Shown piece by piece: positions 1 through 12,000 of a stretch of 64,000 nt of DNA (the first letter of the stretch is position 1; each line of letters opens with the position of its first letter). Under the pieces are notes generated by a model. It was not told the DNA's origin and made no database searches. It saw nothing but the letters and a program-made list of their open reading frames with translations. Source of the stretch: an uncultured Clostridium sp. (GTDB taxonomy: Bacteria; Bacillota; Clostridia; TANB77; CAG-508); contig CAMXQV010000002.1 of the NCBI GenBank assembly GCA_947245515.1, positions 141 through 64,140 of the forward strand, in the 5' to 3' direction. Position numbers and translations under genes: made by a program.

Positions 1-676
1 CCTTTAATGCTACGCAATAATCTCCTCCTTTTTCTATTACTGCCGTTACGTTTTCTTTTTGTGTATTTAGTGCATCCCATGTACATATTACACCTTTTAA
101 ATTTAGTCTTTCTATTAATTTTGGAATAACTGTTATTTCGTTTGTTTTTTCTTCTATCATTTCTTGTTCTACACATATTCCATACTTACTTCAAAATACA
201 TTTAATATATTTAATGGCTTTATTTCTTCATCTCTTCTTGAACTTCCTCTTTCAATCTTTCCATCAAAATGATACATTTCTTTTTTATTTTTATTTATTT
301 CTGTTAATATATTTGAAAACTCCACACATATTTTATTAATTTCATTTGATTCTAATAAAGATATTACTCTTTCATATGTTTGAGCTGATGGAATGCCTCC
401 TGTTAACAACAAAAAATTTCTTAACCATTCTTTATTTTTTATTGCAAACATTTCTATTTCTTCCCATTCATCACAATTAGATATTACTGCAAGTAATGCC
501 ACACATACTATATCCCATATTTTATATTTACATTTTCTTTTCATTCTTTTATCTGTTAGATTTTTTGCTTGATTTTTTAGATGTTTTAATTCTGCTATAC
601 TTATTTTTTTCATATCAATTTTCTCACAATTAAATTTATTTTTTATATCTTCTGTTTTCATTTGTTTAATCACCAA
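1..676 (-). mobile_element. ISAs1-family (H-repeat-associated) transposase gene, disrupted and running off the window start; probable pseudogene
   Basis: The 161-aa ORF at 191-676 matches the N-terminal DDE_Tnp_1_assoc region of ISAs1 transposases (WDIVCVALLAVISNCDEWEEIE, GIPSAQTYERVISLL, HFDGKIERGSS). An in-frame TGA at 191-193 interrupts it. The same frame continues through 1-190 with clear ISAs1 similarity (EEKTNEITVIPKLIERLNLKG, TWDALNTQKE, GGDYCVALKG). TGA is an ordinary stop elsewhere in the window, for example at the end of fic, so this is a nonsense lesion and not recoding. Confidence 0.7.
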
Positions 677-917
677 AGATATTTTAATAAATTATCCTGA
701 AAAAATCAAATTTTTAACAATTTTAAGTCTGCTAACCATTTAATACCAATGATTAACAGACTTTTTAAAAAAATTTCATGATTTAGTCCTGTATTTCAAT
801 ACTGTTACAGTCTCTGTAATATTCTGTGGATAACTTTCTCTTATTTTTATATTTCCAATTTAGGGCTGAGTAGTAACCTCGCATAGAAAATATGTAACAT
901 AACTTTAACTAAAAATA

Positions 918-946
918 TTGACATTCCAATTATTTTATTATAAAAT
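918..946 (+). promoter_or_regulatory. Sigma-A-like promoter (TTGACA, 17-nt spacer, TAAAAT) upstream of the fic gene
   Basis: TTGACA at 918-923 and TAAAAT at 941-946 with a 17-nt spacer, about 90 nt upstream of the ATG at 1037. Confidence 0.4.
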
Positions 947-1036
947 GCAAACAAAAGTTCTGAACAATAGACAAAGAAAAATATAAGTATCAATAAATGT
1001 GATAAGAACTAAATTTATTAAAAAGGATGTGTTCTT

Positions 1037-1981
1037 ATGAAAGAAAAAAAGAATAAAATTATTTTATTTGAAAATCAAGGAGTAAAATTAGAGGTTAATT
1101 TAAAGGAAGAAACTGTATGGCTTACACAAGCACAGATGGAAGAATTATTTGATGTAAAACATTCAACAATAAGTGAGCATATTAATAATATTTTTAAAGA
1201 AGGAGAACTTGAAGAAAAAACTTCTGTCGGAATTTCCGACAAAAGTACAGGTGGTAGAAAATCCAAAATATATAATTTAGATGTTATAATATCTGTTGGG
1301 TATAGGGTTAAATCAAAAAATGGCGTAATTTTCAGGCAATGGGCGAATAAAATTTTAAAAGACTATATGCTAAAGGGATATGCTGTAAATCAAAGAAGAT
1401 TAGAATATTTAGAAAAAACAATAAAGCTAATTGATACAGCAAATAGAATAGATGAAAGATTAGAAGGTAATGATGCAAAAGAAATTTTAAAAGTAATTGG
1501 AGATTATTCAAAAGCATTAGATTTACTAGATGATTATGACCATAGAACTTTAAAGAAAATAGATGGTAATATTGATGAAAGAAAGATTGAATACAAAGAA
1601 TGTATAGAGGTAATAAATAAGTTAAGATTTAATGAAGAAAGTTCACTATTTGCAGTAGAAAGAGACAAAGGCTTAGAATCAATTATTGGTAATATTTATC
1701 AAAGTTTTGCAGGGCAAGATATTTATAAGAGCATAGAAGAAAAAGGTGCAAATTTCTTATATTTAATAGTAAAGAACCATGTATTTGCAGATGGAAATAA
1801 AAGAATTGCAGCAACCTTGTTTATATACTTTTTAAACTTTTATGGAATATTATACATAGATGGAAAGCAAACAATAGATAATAATACTTTGACAGCTTTA
1901 ACATTGTTAATAGCAGAGTCAAACCCAAAAGAAAAAGATATAATTATAGATTTAGTGATGAACTTTTTGAACAATGATTGA
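1037..1981 (+). CDS. fic: RhuM-family N-terminal domain fused to a Fic/DOC domain (putative AMPylation or death-on-curing type toxin)
   Basis: The N-terminus is RhuM-like (KLEVNLKEETVWLTQAQMEELFDV...HINNIFKEGEL). The C-terminus carries the Fic motif HVFADGNKRIAATL, matching HxFx(D/E)GNxR. An SD of AAAGGA precedes the ATG. Confidence 0.75.
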   Translation: MKEKKNKIILFENQGVKLEVNLKEETVWLTQAQMEELFDVKHSTISEHINNIFKEGELEEKTSVGISDKSTGGRKSKIYNLDVIISVGYRVKSKNGVIFRQWANKILKDYMLKGYAVNQRRLEYLEKTIKLIDTANRIDERLEGNDAKEILKVIGDYSKALDLLDDYDHRTLKKIDGNIDERKIEYKECIEVINKLRFNEESSLFAVERDKGLESIIGNIYQSFAGQDIYKSIEEKGANFLYLIVKNHVFADGNKRIAATLFIYFLNFYGILYIDGKQTIDNNTLTALTLLIAESNPKEKDIIIDLVMNFLNND

Positions 1982-2097
1982 GATTTAATCTCAGCGACAA
2001 CTTACAATATATAGGGCAAGTAATTAGTTGAAATTATCTGCCTTTTATTATATAATCGAAGCACAAGATAGTAATATATAAAGGAGATTAGGTAATT

Positions 2098-2301
2098 ATG
2101 GAAAAATGGAAATGTCCTAAATGTGAAAATGAGGAATATGAAAAAGACCAATTTCAAGCAACAGGAGGAGATTTTGCAAAAATATTTGATGTACAAAATA
2201 AGAAATTTATTACGATAAGTTGTAGTAAATGTGGTTATACAGAATTATATAAAACAGGAACATCAGCAGGAATGAATATATTCGATTTTTTAATGAATTA
2301 A
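2098..2301 (+). CDS. Zinc-ribbon domain protein with two CxxC pairs
   Basis: The 67-aa protein has CPKC...CSKCGY zinc-ribbon spacing. A strong SD (AAGGAGA) lies upstream. Confidence 0.6.
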   Translation: MEKWKCPKCENEEYEKDQFQATGGDFAKIFDVQNKKFITISCSKCGYTELYKTGTSAGMNIFDFLMN

Positions 2302-2335
2302 ATAAAATTACAATCTGTCTAGGAGGTAAAAAATA

Positions 2336-2479
2336 ATGGATAAGAAAAAAATAATGAACTGGATAATAGCAATAATAGTAGCTATTTTATATTTAACAGT
2401 AAGTATTGTATTTAAGGCTTGGGCATATTCTTGGCTTATATGGGTTACTTATGCAATTTATAGATTTATTGTGAAATAA
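2336..2479 (+). CDS. Small hydrophobic membrane protein of 47 aa, absent from the supplied ORF track
   Basis: AGGAGGT sits 8 nt upstream of the ATG at 2336. The translation is MDKKKIMNWIIAIIVAILYLTVSIVFKAWAYSWLIWVTYAIYRFIVK, with a TAA stop at 2477-2479. Confidence 0.45.
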   Translation: MDKKKIMNWIIAIIVAILYLTVSIVFKAWAYSWLIWVTYAIYRFIVK

Positions 2480-2499
2480 CTAAATTAGGAGTGCGAAAA

Positions 2500-2973
2500 A
2501 TGTTTTATAATGCAAAAAATAATAATATAAAAATAGGACAAAGTGATATGTACTATATAAGTTTTGGAAAAGGAAATAAAAATTTGATTATAATACCAGG
2601 ACTTGGAGATGGATTAAGAACTGTTAAAGGTATGGCTATTCCACTTGCCTTGATGTATAAAAAGTTTGCCAAAGAATATACAGTATATATGTTTAGTAGA
2701 AGAAATAATCTAACAAATGGATTTACAACACAAGATATGGCACAGGATATAGCCCAAGCAATGAATTTACTTAATATATCAAATGCTGATATATTAGGAG
2801 TTTCTCAAGGTGGAATGATAGCACAAGGTATCGCAATTAACAATCCCGAAAAAGTAAATAAATTAGTTTTAGCAGTAACATCTTCAAAGACTAATGAAAT
2901 GATAAATAATGTTGTTGGAAACTGGATTCAGTTAGCAGAAAAAGAAGATTTTAAAAATATATTCGTAGAATAA
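2500..2973 (+). CDS. Alpha/beta-hydrolase fold protein that appears C-terminally truncated
   Basis: It has the nucleophile elbow GVSQGG (GxSxG) and an N-terminal IIIPGLGDG typical of alpha/beta hydrolases. It ends at about 160 aa with no catalytic Asp/His region. The ATG at 2500 has AGGAG at the correct spacing. The ORF-track start at 2491 is a GTG overlapping the SD. Confidence 0.55.
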   Translation: MFYNAKNNNIKIGQSDMYYISFGKGNKNLIIIPGLGDGLRTVKGMAIPLALMYKKFAKEYTVYMFSRRNNLTNGFTTQDMAQDIAQAMNLLNISNADILGVSQGGMIAQGIAINNPEKVNKLVLAVTSSKTNEMINNVVGNWIQLAEKEDFKNIFVE

Positions 2974-2974
2974 A

Positions 2975-3008
2975 ATGCCAAAGGTTTTCATACCTTTGGC
3001 ATTTTTAT
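2975..3008. terminator. Rho-independent bidirectional terminator hairpin
   Basis: GCCAAAGGT and ACCTTTGGC form the stem and are followed by ATTTTTA. The hairpin lies between the convergent hydrolase gene (ends 2973) and the giant adhesin gene (ends 3013). Confidence 0.6.
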
Positions 3009-3012
3009 TATG

Positions 3013-6000
3013 TTATAAAACATATTTTTTAATATAATAAACACCTGTTGCAAAAGTCAATAGCATTGTAAAAGTCAATAATCCATACATTACAAACTCA
3101 TATCCAGTTCTAATAGATAAGATAAAGGATGCTTTAGCAAAATCATTATTATCATTTACATCTTCATCTTCTGAAACAAAAGTTGCATAATTAACCATAG
3201 GACCAGCATACTGCTCGCTACCATCATATTTCAAAACAATAGTTACTTCTCTACTCTCTCCTGGTTGTAATACAGTTTCTCCTAGAGAATAGGTAATAAT
3301 ATCACCATTTTGAACCCAATTCCTATTTTTAGGTAAATCAATCTTTAAGTTATTTGGCATTTTATCTTGGATATAATTTACTATCCCCTCTTCTGTTCCA
3401 ACATTAGTAACAATTATCTTATATTCTAACTGTAAACTTAAATATTGTAATCTACTTGCATTAACTTCAAACTTAGTTGCTTTATTTTTCTTAGGAATAT
3501 TAGTTACTTTCTTCTCATTTGTATCAGTATATAATTGTGTAATACTAGTTAAATACTTTTTAATTTCAATGTCAAAACCTTGTGTCCTATTTGAGTTACT
3601 ACCTCCATTACTGCTTCCATTATTATTTCCATTATTATTTCCATTATTGTTTCCATTATTGTTTCCATTATTGTTATTTGAGTTTTCACCTTTGTTGTTT
3701 CCATTACTTGTATTTTGACTACTTGAATTGCTACTTGTATTTCCACTTGTATTTGCACCACTTGTATTTGTGCTTGTATTACTTGTATTGTTCTTATTAC
3801 TATTTGTACTTGTATTGTTCTTATTTGTGTTGTTTGCACTATTTGTATTAGTATTATTTGTATTGGTATTGGTGTTAGTATTAGTATTATTTTTGTCATC
3901 CTCTGATTTAGCTTTATTGGTAATATAAGCTAATATCTCTCCGCCTTTAACTTCAACTTTGATATTGCCTCCTGATTTAACTCTTACATCTGTTAAAGTT
4001 ATTTTACCATCTACATTTTTAAAGGTAACTTGTAATACTTTTTCTTCTGAATCTAGTTTATAACCATCTGGTGCTACAATTTCTTTTATCTTATATTCTA
4101 CAGTTCCAGCTGTTTTTGGTATATTTATACCATTAAATTCAAATATACCATATTTATCTGTAGTTACATTTTGTGTTTTGCCATCTGGTAATACTACTTT
4201 GAAGGATGCTGGTTTAGTTATAGGTTTACCCTTGTTGTCAACTTTTGTAACACTAAGTGAATATTTACCATCTTCTAAACCTAGTTTTTTATCTACAAAT
4301 TCAATTCTTGCACCTTTACCACTATCTATAACACTTGATGTCACATTACTTCCAGATACTATATTTGCTGCTTTAATTGTCATTATTTCATTAACTTTTT
4401 CAAAAGTAAGTTCTAAAATCTTAAACTCTGAATCCAATTTATAGCCTTCTGGTGCTGTTACTTCTTGAATTACATATGAATATTTACCTTCTTTTGCTGG
4501 TGTAGCAATGTCTTCAATAATAATCTTTCCTTCTTTATCTGTAGCTGCCTTAACTTTTTGACCATTTTCAAGCGTAATCTCAAATTTAGCTGCTTTTGTA
4601 ATTGGTCTCTTATTTTGATCAACTTTATTTAAAACAATATTATATTTATCTTTACCTGTTGTAACATCATCTGCTCCTTCTTCATTTCTTACATTAATTG
4701 AAATAGTGTTTGTTGTATTTGATGTTATCTCAATATTACCTCCTACTACTTCAGCAGTCTCTATTTTCATAAGGTCTTTTGGAGCTTTTGTTGTATCTTT
4801 TGCAAACTTAATTTTTAAAATCTTTTGTGTTCTATCTAATTTGTAGCCTTCTGGAGCCATAATCTCTTGAATTTTATACTCAATAGTTTCTTCTTTTGTT
4901 GGCATTTTTAATTTTCTTAAGTATATCTTACCATCTTCTGTTGGATAATATTGTGATGTACCATCTGGTGCTGTTATTTTAAATATTGCATCACCTTTTA
5001 ATAGCTTTTTATCTTTGTTTACTTTTGAAAGTTCTATTTTATATTCATTATCTTCAAGAATATCATCATTATTCATATTGCCTACTCTTATTGCGAATAC
5101 GTTTCCACCAACTTTCAAAATAGATGCATAATCTCCAGATATCTTTTCAGCACTTTCAATATATTTACTTCCTTCTTCTCCATTTTTAATTTTAACTCTA
5201 TATTTTATTGGTGCTGGGTCTTTTTCATATCCTTTTGGAACTTGTTTTTCTTTAATTTCAAAGATATAAGTTCCTTCATCTTCTGGTAATTGTGTTCCCA
5301 ATTTTGTTGCTCTACCAGTATCGTCTGTTTCTAAGTTTTCGATAATATCCTTATATTTTACAACTTCATCAGTAGTAGCTATTTCTGTAGTATCCTCTGT
5401 ACTAGTATCTGTTTTACTTTCAGTTTCAGGCTTTGTATCTGTCTCTGTTTTACTCTCACTATCTGTTTCTTCTTTGGTAATTTCTACATCAAATATTGCA
5501 TGATTATTTTCAATACTTTTACCTGTTGTAATATCCATTTTGTCTATAGTTAAAGCAAAACTATCATCTGAAAATTCATTTACTGGTTTTAGATATACAA
5601 TTTGTTTATCTTCATCTATTTCAATATTAACATCTGAAGACGTCTTTTCTATTTTACCTGTTGTTTTATTTCTTTTTAATAAGACATTTAAAGTACTTGC
5701 ATTTACTTTATACCCATTTGCGGTAGCTGTTTCTTTTAAGTCTATTGATATATTTCCATATCCACTTAAGTAATCACTTGTAATCATACCATCTGCATTA
5801 GTAATTGCATTCCATTCTTTAGTTTGTCCATACTCTTCTTTTAGTTTTATATTAAATTCTACACCTGGTATTAATTCTGGATATACATCATCATCTATAC
5901 CATGTTTTTCTACTACTATTCTATATTCACCAACAATTGGTTGATTTTGAACTTTTAAGTTAAGGTTTCTTGTTCCTACAGAGGTTTGTAGAACTTTATT

Positions 6001-9000
6001 ATCTACATCTGTATAGTTACTTAATAATTCACATTCCTTAATATATCCATCTGAACCATATAATACATAAATCTTAATATCTTCTATACTATTATATCCA
6101 GTTATAGGATTTTGTCTAATTGTATAAACTACACCTTTTTGTGCCATAGCTTCACCTATTTGTTCAGATGTTACTCCATCTAAACCTGTAGCTCTAGTTG
6201 TAAGGTTTAAGTCTGTTTTTGAATGGTCTGTTGCTGTTAATATTTCTGATGTTACATTATAAGTTACACCACTAATTGGAGCTTCTTTCTTAGCAACTAC
6301 TTTACCGCTTCCATCTTTAACTTCTTCTTTTACTGCACTTACAGTAGTTACATTTAATTTTACTCTACTTTCATTCTTTATTATAATAGAAATTTCTCTT
6401 GTGCTCTCATTTACATTAACATTTAGTCCATCTCTATTATCTAATTTAGCTTTTAATAGGGAATCTAAACTTCCATTAGGATTATTTGCAAAATTTGTTG
6501 TTACTTCTACAACTCCGTTTGTTCTTTGTGTTCCAGCAACATATCCACTAGCAAATCCAACCTGATTTACATTAATATAAATTTTGCCCTCTTTATTCAT
6601 TCCATTAGTTTTTCCGATTCCTCTTTCAACTACTCTTACACCTTTTGAAGAAGCTTCTGAGTCAGTATAGTATTTACCATCTACACCTAAATTCTTTGTC
6701 ACACCTTTTTGATATAAAGTTAAGGTTGCATTTGCACTATCTTTAACTTCAACATCAAAGGCTGAACCATTAATTCTTTTACCTGTTGTAGCATCTTCTG
6801 ATACAACTTTAACCTTATATGCTGGATTAACTGTACCATTTCCAATTACAAACCACATATTTCTACAGTTAGTTTTTTCTGTATCACTTGCAGATGCTAT
6901 TTTATTTGCTAAAAAGGCTTGTGTTCTTAATCCACTATCTGAATTTGGTTGTATACTTACAATTTTTCCATAAACATCATAAACAACTGTTACTTTTTGT
7001 GGTGGAATTATTGTTGTATAAGTAGTTTCAGGTTTTGGTCTTGATAATTCTGTTATGGTATATTCAATTGTTGTATTTTTAGCTGGTAAGCCTAAATCAA
7101 AGTATATCTTTCCATCAGCACCTGTTGTTTTATTTGTTGAAGTTGTAATAGTTTTTGATTTTCCTGTAGTCAAATCCTTACCTACAATCTCAAATTGTAC
7201 TCCCTCTAAAGCTTTTTTAGTATTAATATCTTGTTTTAATAAAGTTAGTTCTAGCATAGGGTCGTTTACAAATACTACTTGTATTGTTCCATAAGTTTCA
7301 TCAACTATTACCCTAGCACTCTTACCTGAAGTAGCATCTAATTCTACTTTATAGATTTTCTCTGTTGGTATTGTTGAATTCTCTTCAGTAATCTTATATG
7401 CACTCATACTTGCAGTATTTAAACTTAAGGTATATGCTCCCACAGCAGCTTTCTTAATTTCTAAGGTAATACTATTTTTATTGTCTCTTCTATAGCCTTC
7501 TCCAATTGTTCTTTCAGAAACTACAATTTGGAAGTTTCCACTGTCTCTCAATTTTGTTATTCCTGTTTGTCCATTTATATCTGTTTTTGCTAATTTCTTT
7601 GCTACTCCATTAATAGTAACATCATAATTAGTACCTTCGATTCCAAGTGATTTATAGGTAGCATCTTCATTTTTTACTAATAAGTCAAAAGTATTATTAT
7701 TTGGAACTTTTAAATTCATGTGTACATATTGATTATCAACTTTTACTATATTAGTATTTCCTCTTTTATATAAATCATAGTTTAAGCTATTATCATTACT
7801 TAATTCTAGCCAACTGCTCATTCCTCCATCTGCATCATAGATAACTTTTATTTTTAAATCTTTCATTTTTCTATAAGTATCTGGTGGAGTTACTTCTTGG
7901 ATAGTATAAGTTACTACTCTACCATTAGCTGTTTCTCTAAAAGTATCTATCTTTCCTACTGCTACTCCTTTTGAATTTGTTACAATATTATTAACTTCAT
8001 GTGCTCTACCGTTTTCTTCTACTATTACTTTAAATCTAACATTAGGTATTATAGCTTTTGTTAACTCATCATATTTTGAAAGACCTAATCTTACATCTTC
8101 TGGCATGTTGTATACTTGTAGTCTAGCTGTATGAGTATTTCTGAATACACTTACGTTATCAGATAATAATTTTCCATACTCTTGACTGTTACTGTCAGAA
8201 AATTTAGGAATATCTACTGCTTTACCTGTTGAATCATAAGTTACTGTAAATTTAATTGGTGCTTTTAAAATATAATATCCGACTGCTTTTGTTTTTTGAG
8301 TAATTGTATATTCAACTGTTTTATCTGGATATACTGGTCCTACATAAGTAGTAACAGTTCCAGAAGAATTTGTAATTAGATTTCCAACTGCACTATCACC
8401 TTGATCATTTGTTATTATTAACTCTACATTTTCTAATGGTATATTATTATAGAATTTATCTAACATTTGTAAATCTATAGCTAATTTAGGTTCATTTGTA
8501 ATAGTAATTTCTATATCTTTATTAACTGAAGTATTATCATCTCTTTTATCCTTGCAGATATAGTTAACTGTAATATATTTTTCAGAGAAACTATCTCCTG
8601 GTTCTGCACTTTTTACTGTACCATCTTCTTTATATTCAACTAATAATTTAAGTGTATCTCTAGGTGCAATATATCCATCTGGTACTCCTACTTCTGATAA
8701 AGTATATTCTACAACTCTTCCTGGTAGCATTCTTCCTGCTACTTGAGGTGTCCTATTTGCAGTATTAATAATAAATTCAGAATCATTTGTTATACTTGAA
8801 TCTACATCAGAGGTCACTTTAAATTTAGCTGATAAATCTATTGTGTTATCATATCTATCCTTCTTGTTTATTTGTAAACCTAATTTTCTTTCCATTTTAA
8901 AGATTAACTTTAATTGTGTAGTTCCATAACAACTTTCATCAACATATGCATTTACATCATTAAAGGTATTTTTACTTAATACTTTTGCACCTGAAATTCT

Positions 9001-12000
9001 ACCATCTGTACCATAGGTTACTTCAACCTCAACAGTTGTATCTTCTGCTGTTTGTAAATATCCCTCTTTTAGATTTGTTGCTCTTATTTTGTAAATTGAT
9101 GAACCATTATCAATATTCGCTCCCCAATAGGTCCAACTTGTATAACCAGCGCTATTTGTATAATACTCATATTCTGTCCTATATTCATAAGAAGTATTAC
9201 TTACTGGTGTATTGTTTTCATATGGATGGAATCTAACATCTCCTATTCCTACTTTACTTATTCTATCTTCTGCTTTCATTGATACTGTTGTTATTGGAGC
9301 ATATTCAATTGTTAAATCAACATGATGTTTATTATCCTTTATACTATCTCCTCTGTCAACAATTATTGTACTAGTGTATCCTTCTTGTATATTATTGTTA
9401 GAAGTTTCTGTTTCTACTGAAGTTTCTATTACTTCTCCTTTTTGATCATATTTAACTAATATTGTACCAATTACATGGTCAAATACCTTTTGTTTTCTAG
9501 ATCTATATTTTTGATATTGTACTGGAGATGTAGGTTCTGCTTCTTCATAAATATAGAATCTTCTAATTTTGTAATTTTCGCTTCCTAAATCTGATTTTTC
9601 TGATTCTATAGGTGAAACTCCTTTATAAGTATAATCTTTGTAATGTTTTGAAACATCAAGTGGAGCAATTATGTTATCATCAAAATGTTGAGAATATTCT
9701 CTTCCTACATAATCTGGATCACTTGTGTCACCAATATAGCCTGCTTTAACTAAATCATCACCTTTTATAGTTCCACTAGGTTTTGATGTAGAAATAACAA
9801 TTCTTTCTCCGCTTACAGGTTCTTTAGTATATTTATCTTGTACATGTGTTGAAAATTCAACCATCGGATAATATTTTATTACTATATTTATTGTATTTCT
9901 TGTATTAGTAATACTTAAATATTTTCCATCTGCATTCCATCCACCCAAGTCTGTATTTTGTTTACCCCAGTTATGAGGTGCTACTCCTGTAACACTACCT
10001 TCATCATTAAAGGTAATATCAAATAACATATTATATCTAATGCTTTCATAAGTGCTGAAATATGCTTGATTTCCTATATAATATCTGTCTGGTGTTTTTA
10101 TTTCGTCTATTCTTAATATTCTAGTTCCTGCATTTTCTTCGTACACCCCTAAACTTGCTGAATCTTCGCCATGTATTCCTTCTGTTGTAGTTTGCATTCC
10201 CATATTAGTGTTTGTAACTACTTGATTTGTAGCAGCTCCATTTGAAGCTAAAGTTGTTGCATATTTTTCATCTTTTACAAAAGATACTCCTCCAACTGTA
10301 TGTGTTAAGTAAGCTGAATACTCACCAACTTCTAGCTTTTTATTTTTATCATATACATCTTCAACAGTTATATTTATTTTTACTTCATCACTTGGTTTAT
10401 TATATATTGTAAAGTCAACTTGGAAATTCTCTGCGTTACTTCCTGTAATATCCATATCACCTGATACCTTTTTAACTAAAGGCTCACCAGTTGTAGGATC
10501 TTTTGCCATCTTTCCTTTTGAATCATATTGTACTTCTAATATAATCATTTCATCTGGCCAATCATATCCATAAGGTTTTCTTGTTTCTTTTATAGTATAT
10601 TCTATAGTTTTATTATCTAAAGTTTTATCCATATAAGCAATAGCATTTCCTGATGCATCTGTTGTTACTCTATCAACATCTAATCTAACTAGACCTTTTA
10701 CTTTAGCCAATAAGTCATTAACTGTTGTTTGAGTAGTTTTTCCATCTTTTATTAATACGTTTATTACTTGTAAATTTGCAACTTGTTGTATCAAAGTATT
10801 ACTTTGACCTTTTGAAAGCTTTCCAAGTTCGATTAATCTATTTATCTTATCTGTAGCATTTACACCTGAAGTTACTTTATTATGTTCTTCTGTAGTAATA
10901 TTTCCAGCAAGTTCTAATTGTTTTAAATATTCTTCTACTACAATTTCTTTTCTTATGTCTAATATTTCTTCAGAATTTAGTTTTAATCTATCTATTACTT
11001 CTCCTAAGTATTGATCTTCTGTCATTTCAGCTGTGTCTAAAATCAACGCTTCTTGTTCTTCTTTTGTAAAGTTCGATAAATCTCTCTTTGCTATTCTTGC
11101 TGTAATTTCATAATCTACGTTTGCTAAGGCTTCAGTTGGAAAGTCTTTATCTACTTTATGTAGATTTAATTTTTCTGCTAGATTACTTTGTATTGTAACA
11201 TCCACTCTAAAGAAATCCTCTGGGTTTACTTCTGCATCTACATCTGTAGGAATAGCTATGGTTGTTATATCGTCTCTTGATTTAATTTCAGCCTTTGTTA
11301 CATATCCATCTGAGTCAAAGAATACTTCGATTTTAACATCAATACTTAAAGATTGATAATTAGGTGCTGGTAAGTTTTCTTTTATTGTATACACTATTGA
11401 ATTATCAAATACCGTTTTATCTAAATGTGCCACTCCTATTCCATCTTTACCTGTCGTTACACTATCATCACCTGTATTTATACTTGAGGTTACTTTATAA
11501 TTTGTTCCTTCTAATTTTATAGAATTATCCTGTCTATCAATATTTTCTATATTTAGATGCATCTCTGGATAATTAAATACATCAATTTCTAGAATTCCCT
11601 TATCATTTCCATTATATCCATAATCTGCACTTGTAGATGGCTGTAATGCTTTTACATTTACAAATCTATTTGGAGTTTGTACTAAGTTAGCTGATAATAT
11701 TTCTCTATTTTCTCCATATTCAACATCTACTTCAAAATCATCTATTTTTGCAAAACCTTTTGCTGCTTTAACTTGTCTAATTTTATATCTAATTACTTCT
11801 GAAGTTCCAAAGGCACCTGAATAAGATACTCCTTTACCATTACTTCCTGTTGTCGCTTTTCCTAAAATTATATTATTTGAATCTATAACTTCAAATTCCC
11901 CACCTTGCAATTTATCGTTATGGTTAAAATATTTAGCATTCTCAAAAGCAATTGGAACTGTAGGTTCAATATATACTCTTAATTTTACACTCTTACCTGA

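Noticed and set aside
191-193. In-frame TGA in the ISAs1 transposase as evidence for an alternative genetic code (TGA read as Trp or Gly)
   Set aside because: TGA terminates other well-supported genes in the window, for example fic at 1979-1981. The aligned residue in homologs is Ser, not Trp or Gly. A nonsense mutation is more parsimonious.
3549-3928. Antisense and alternative-frame ORFs inside the adhesin low-complexity region (3549-3899 minus, 3582-3851 plus, 3728-3928 plus), and similar ORFs at 22201-22643
   Set aside because: They arise from translating simple 12-bp and 36-bp coding repeats in other frames. Their composition is repetitive and lacks ribosome-binding sites. The giant ORFs on the opposite frame or strand explain the sequence.
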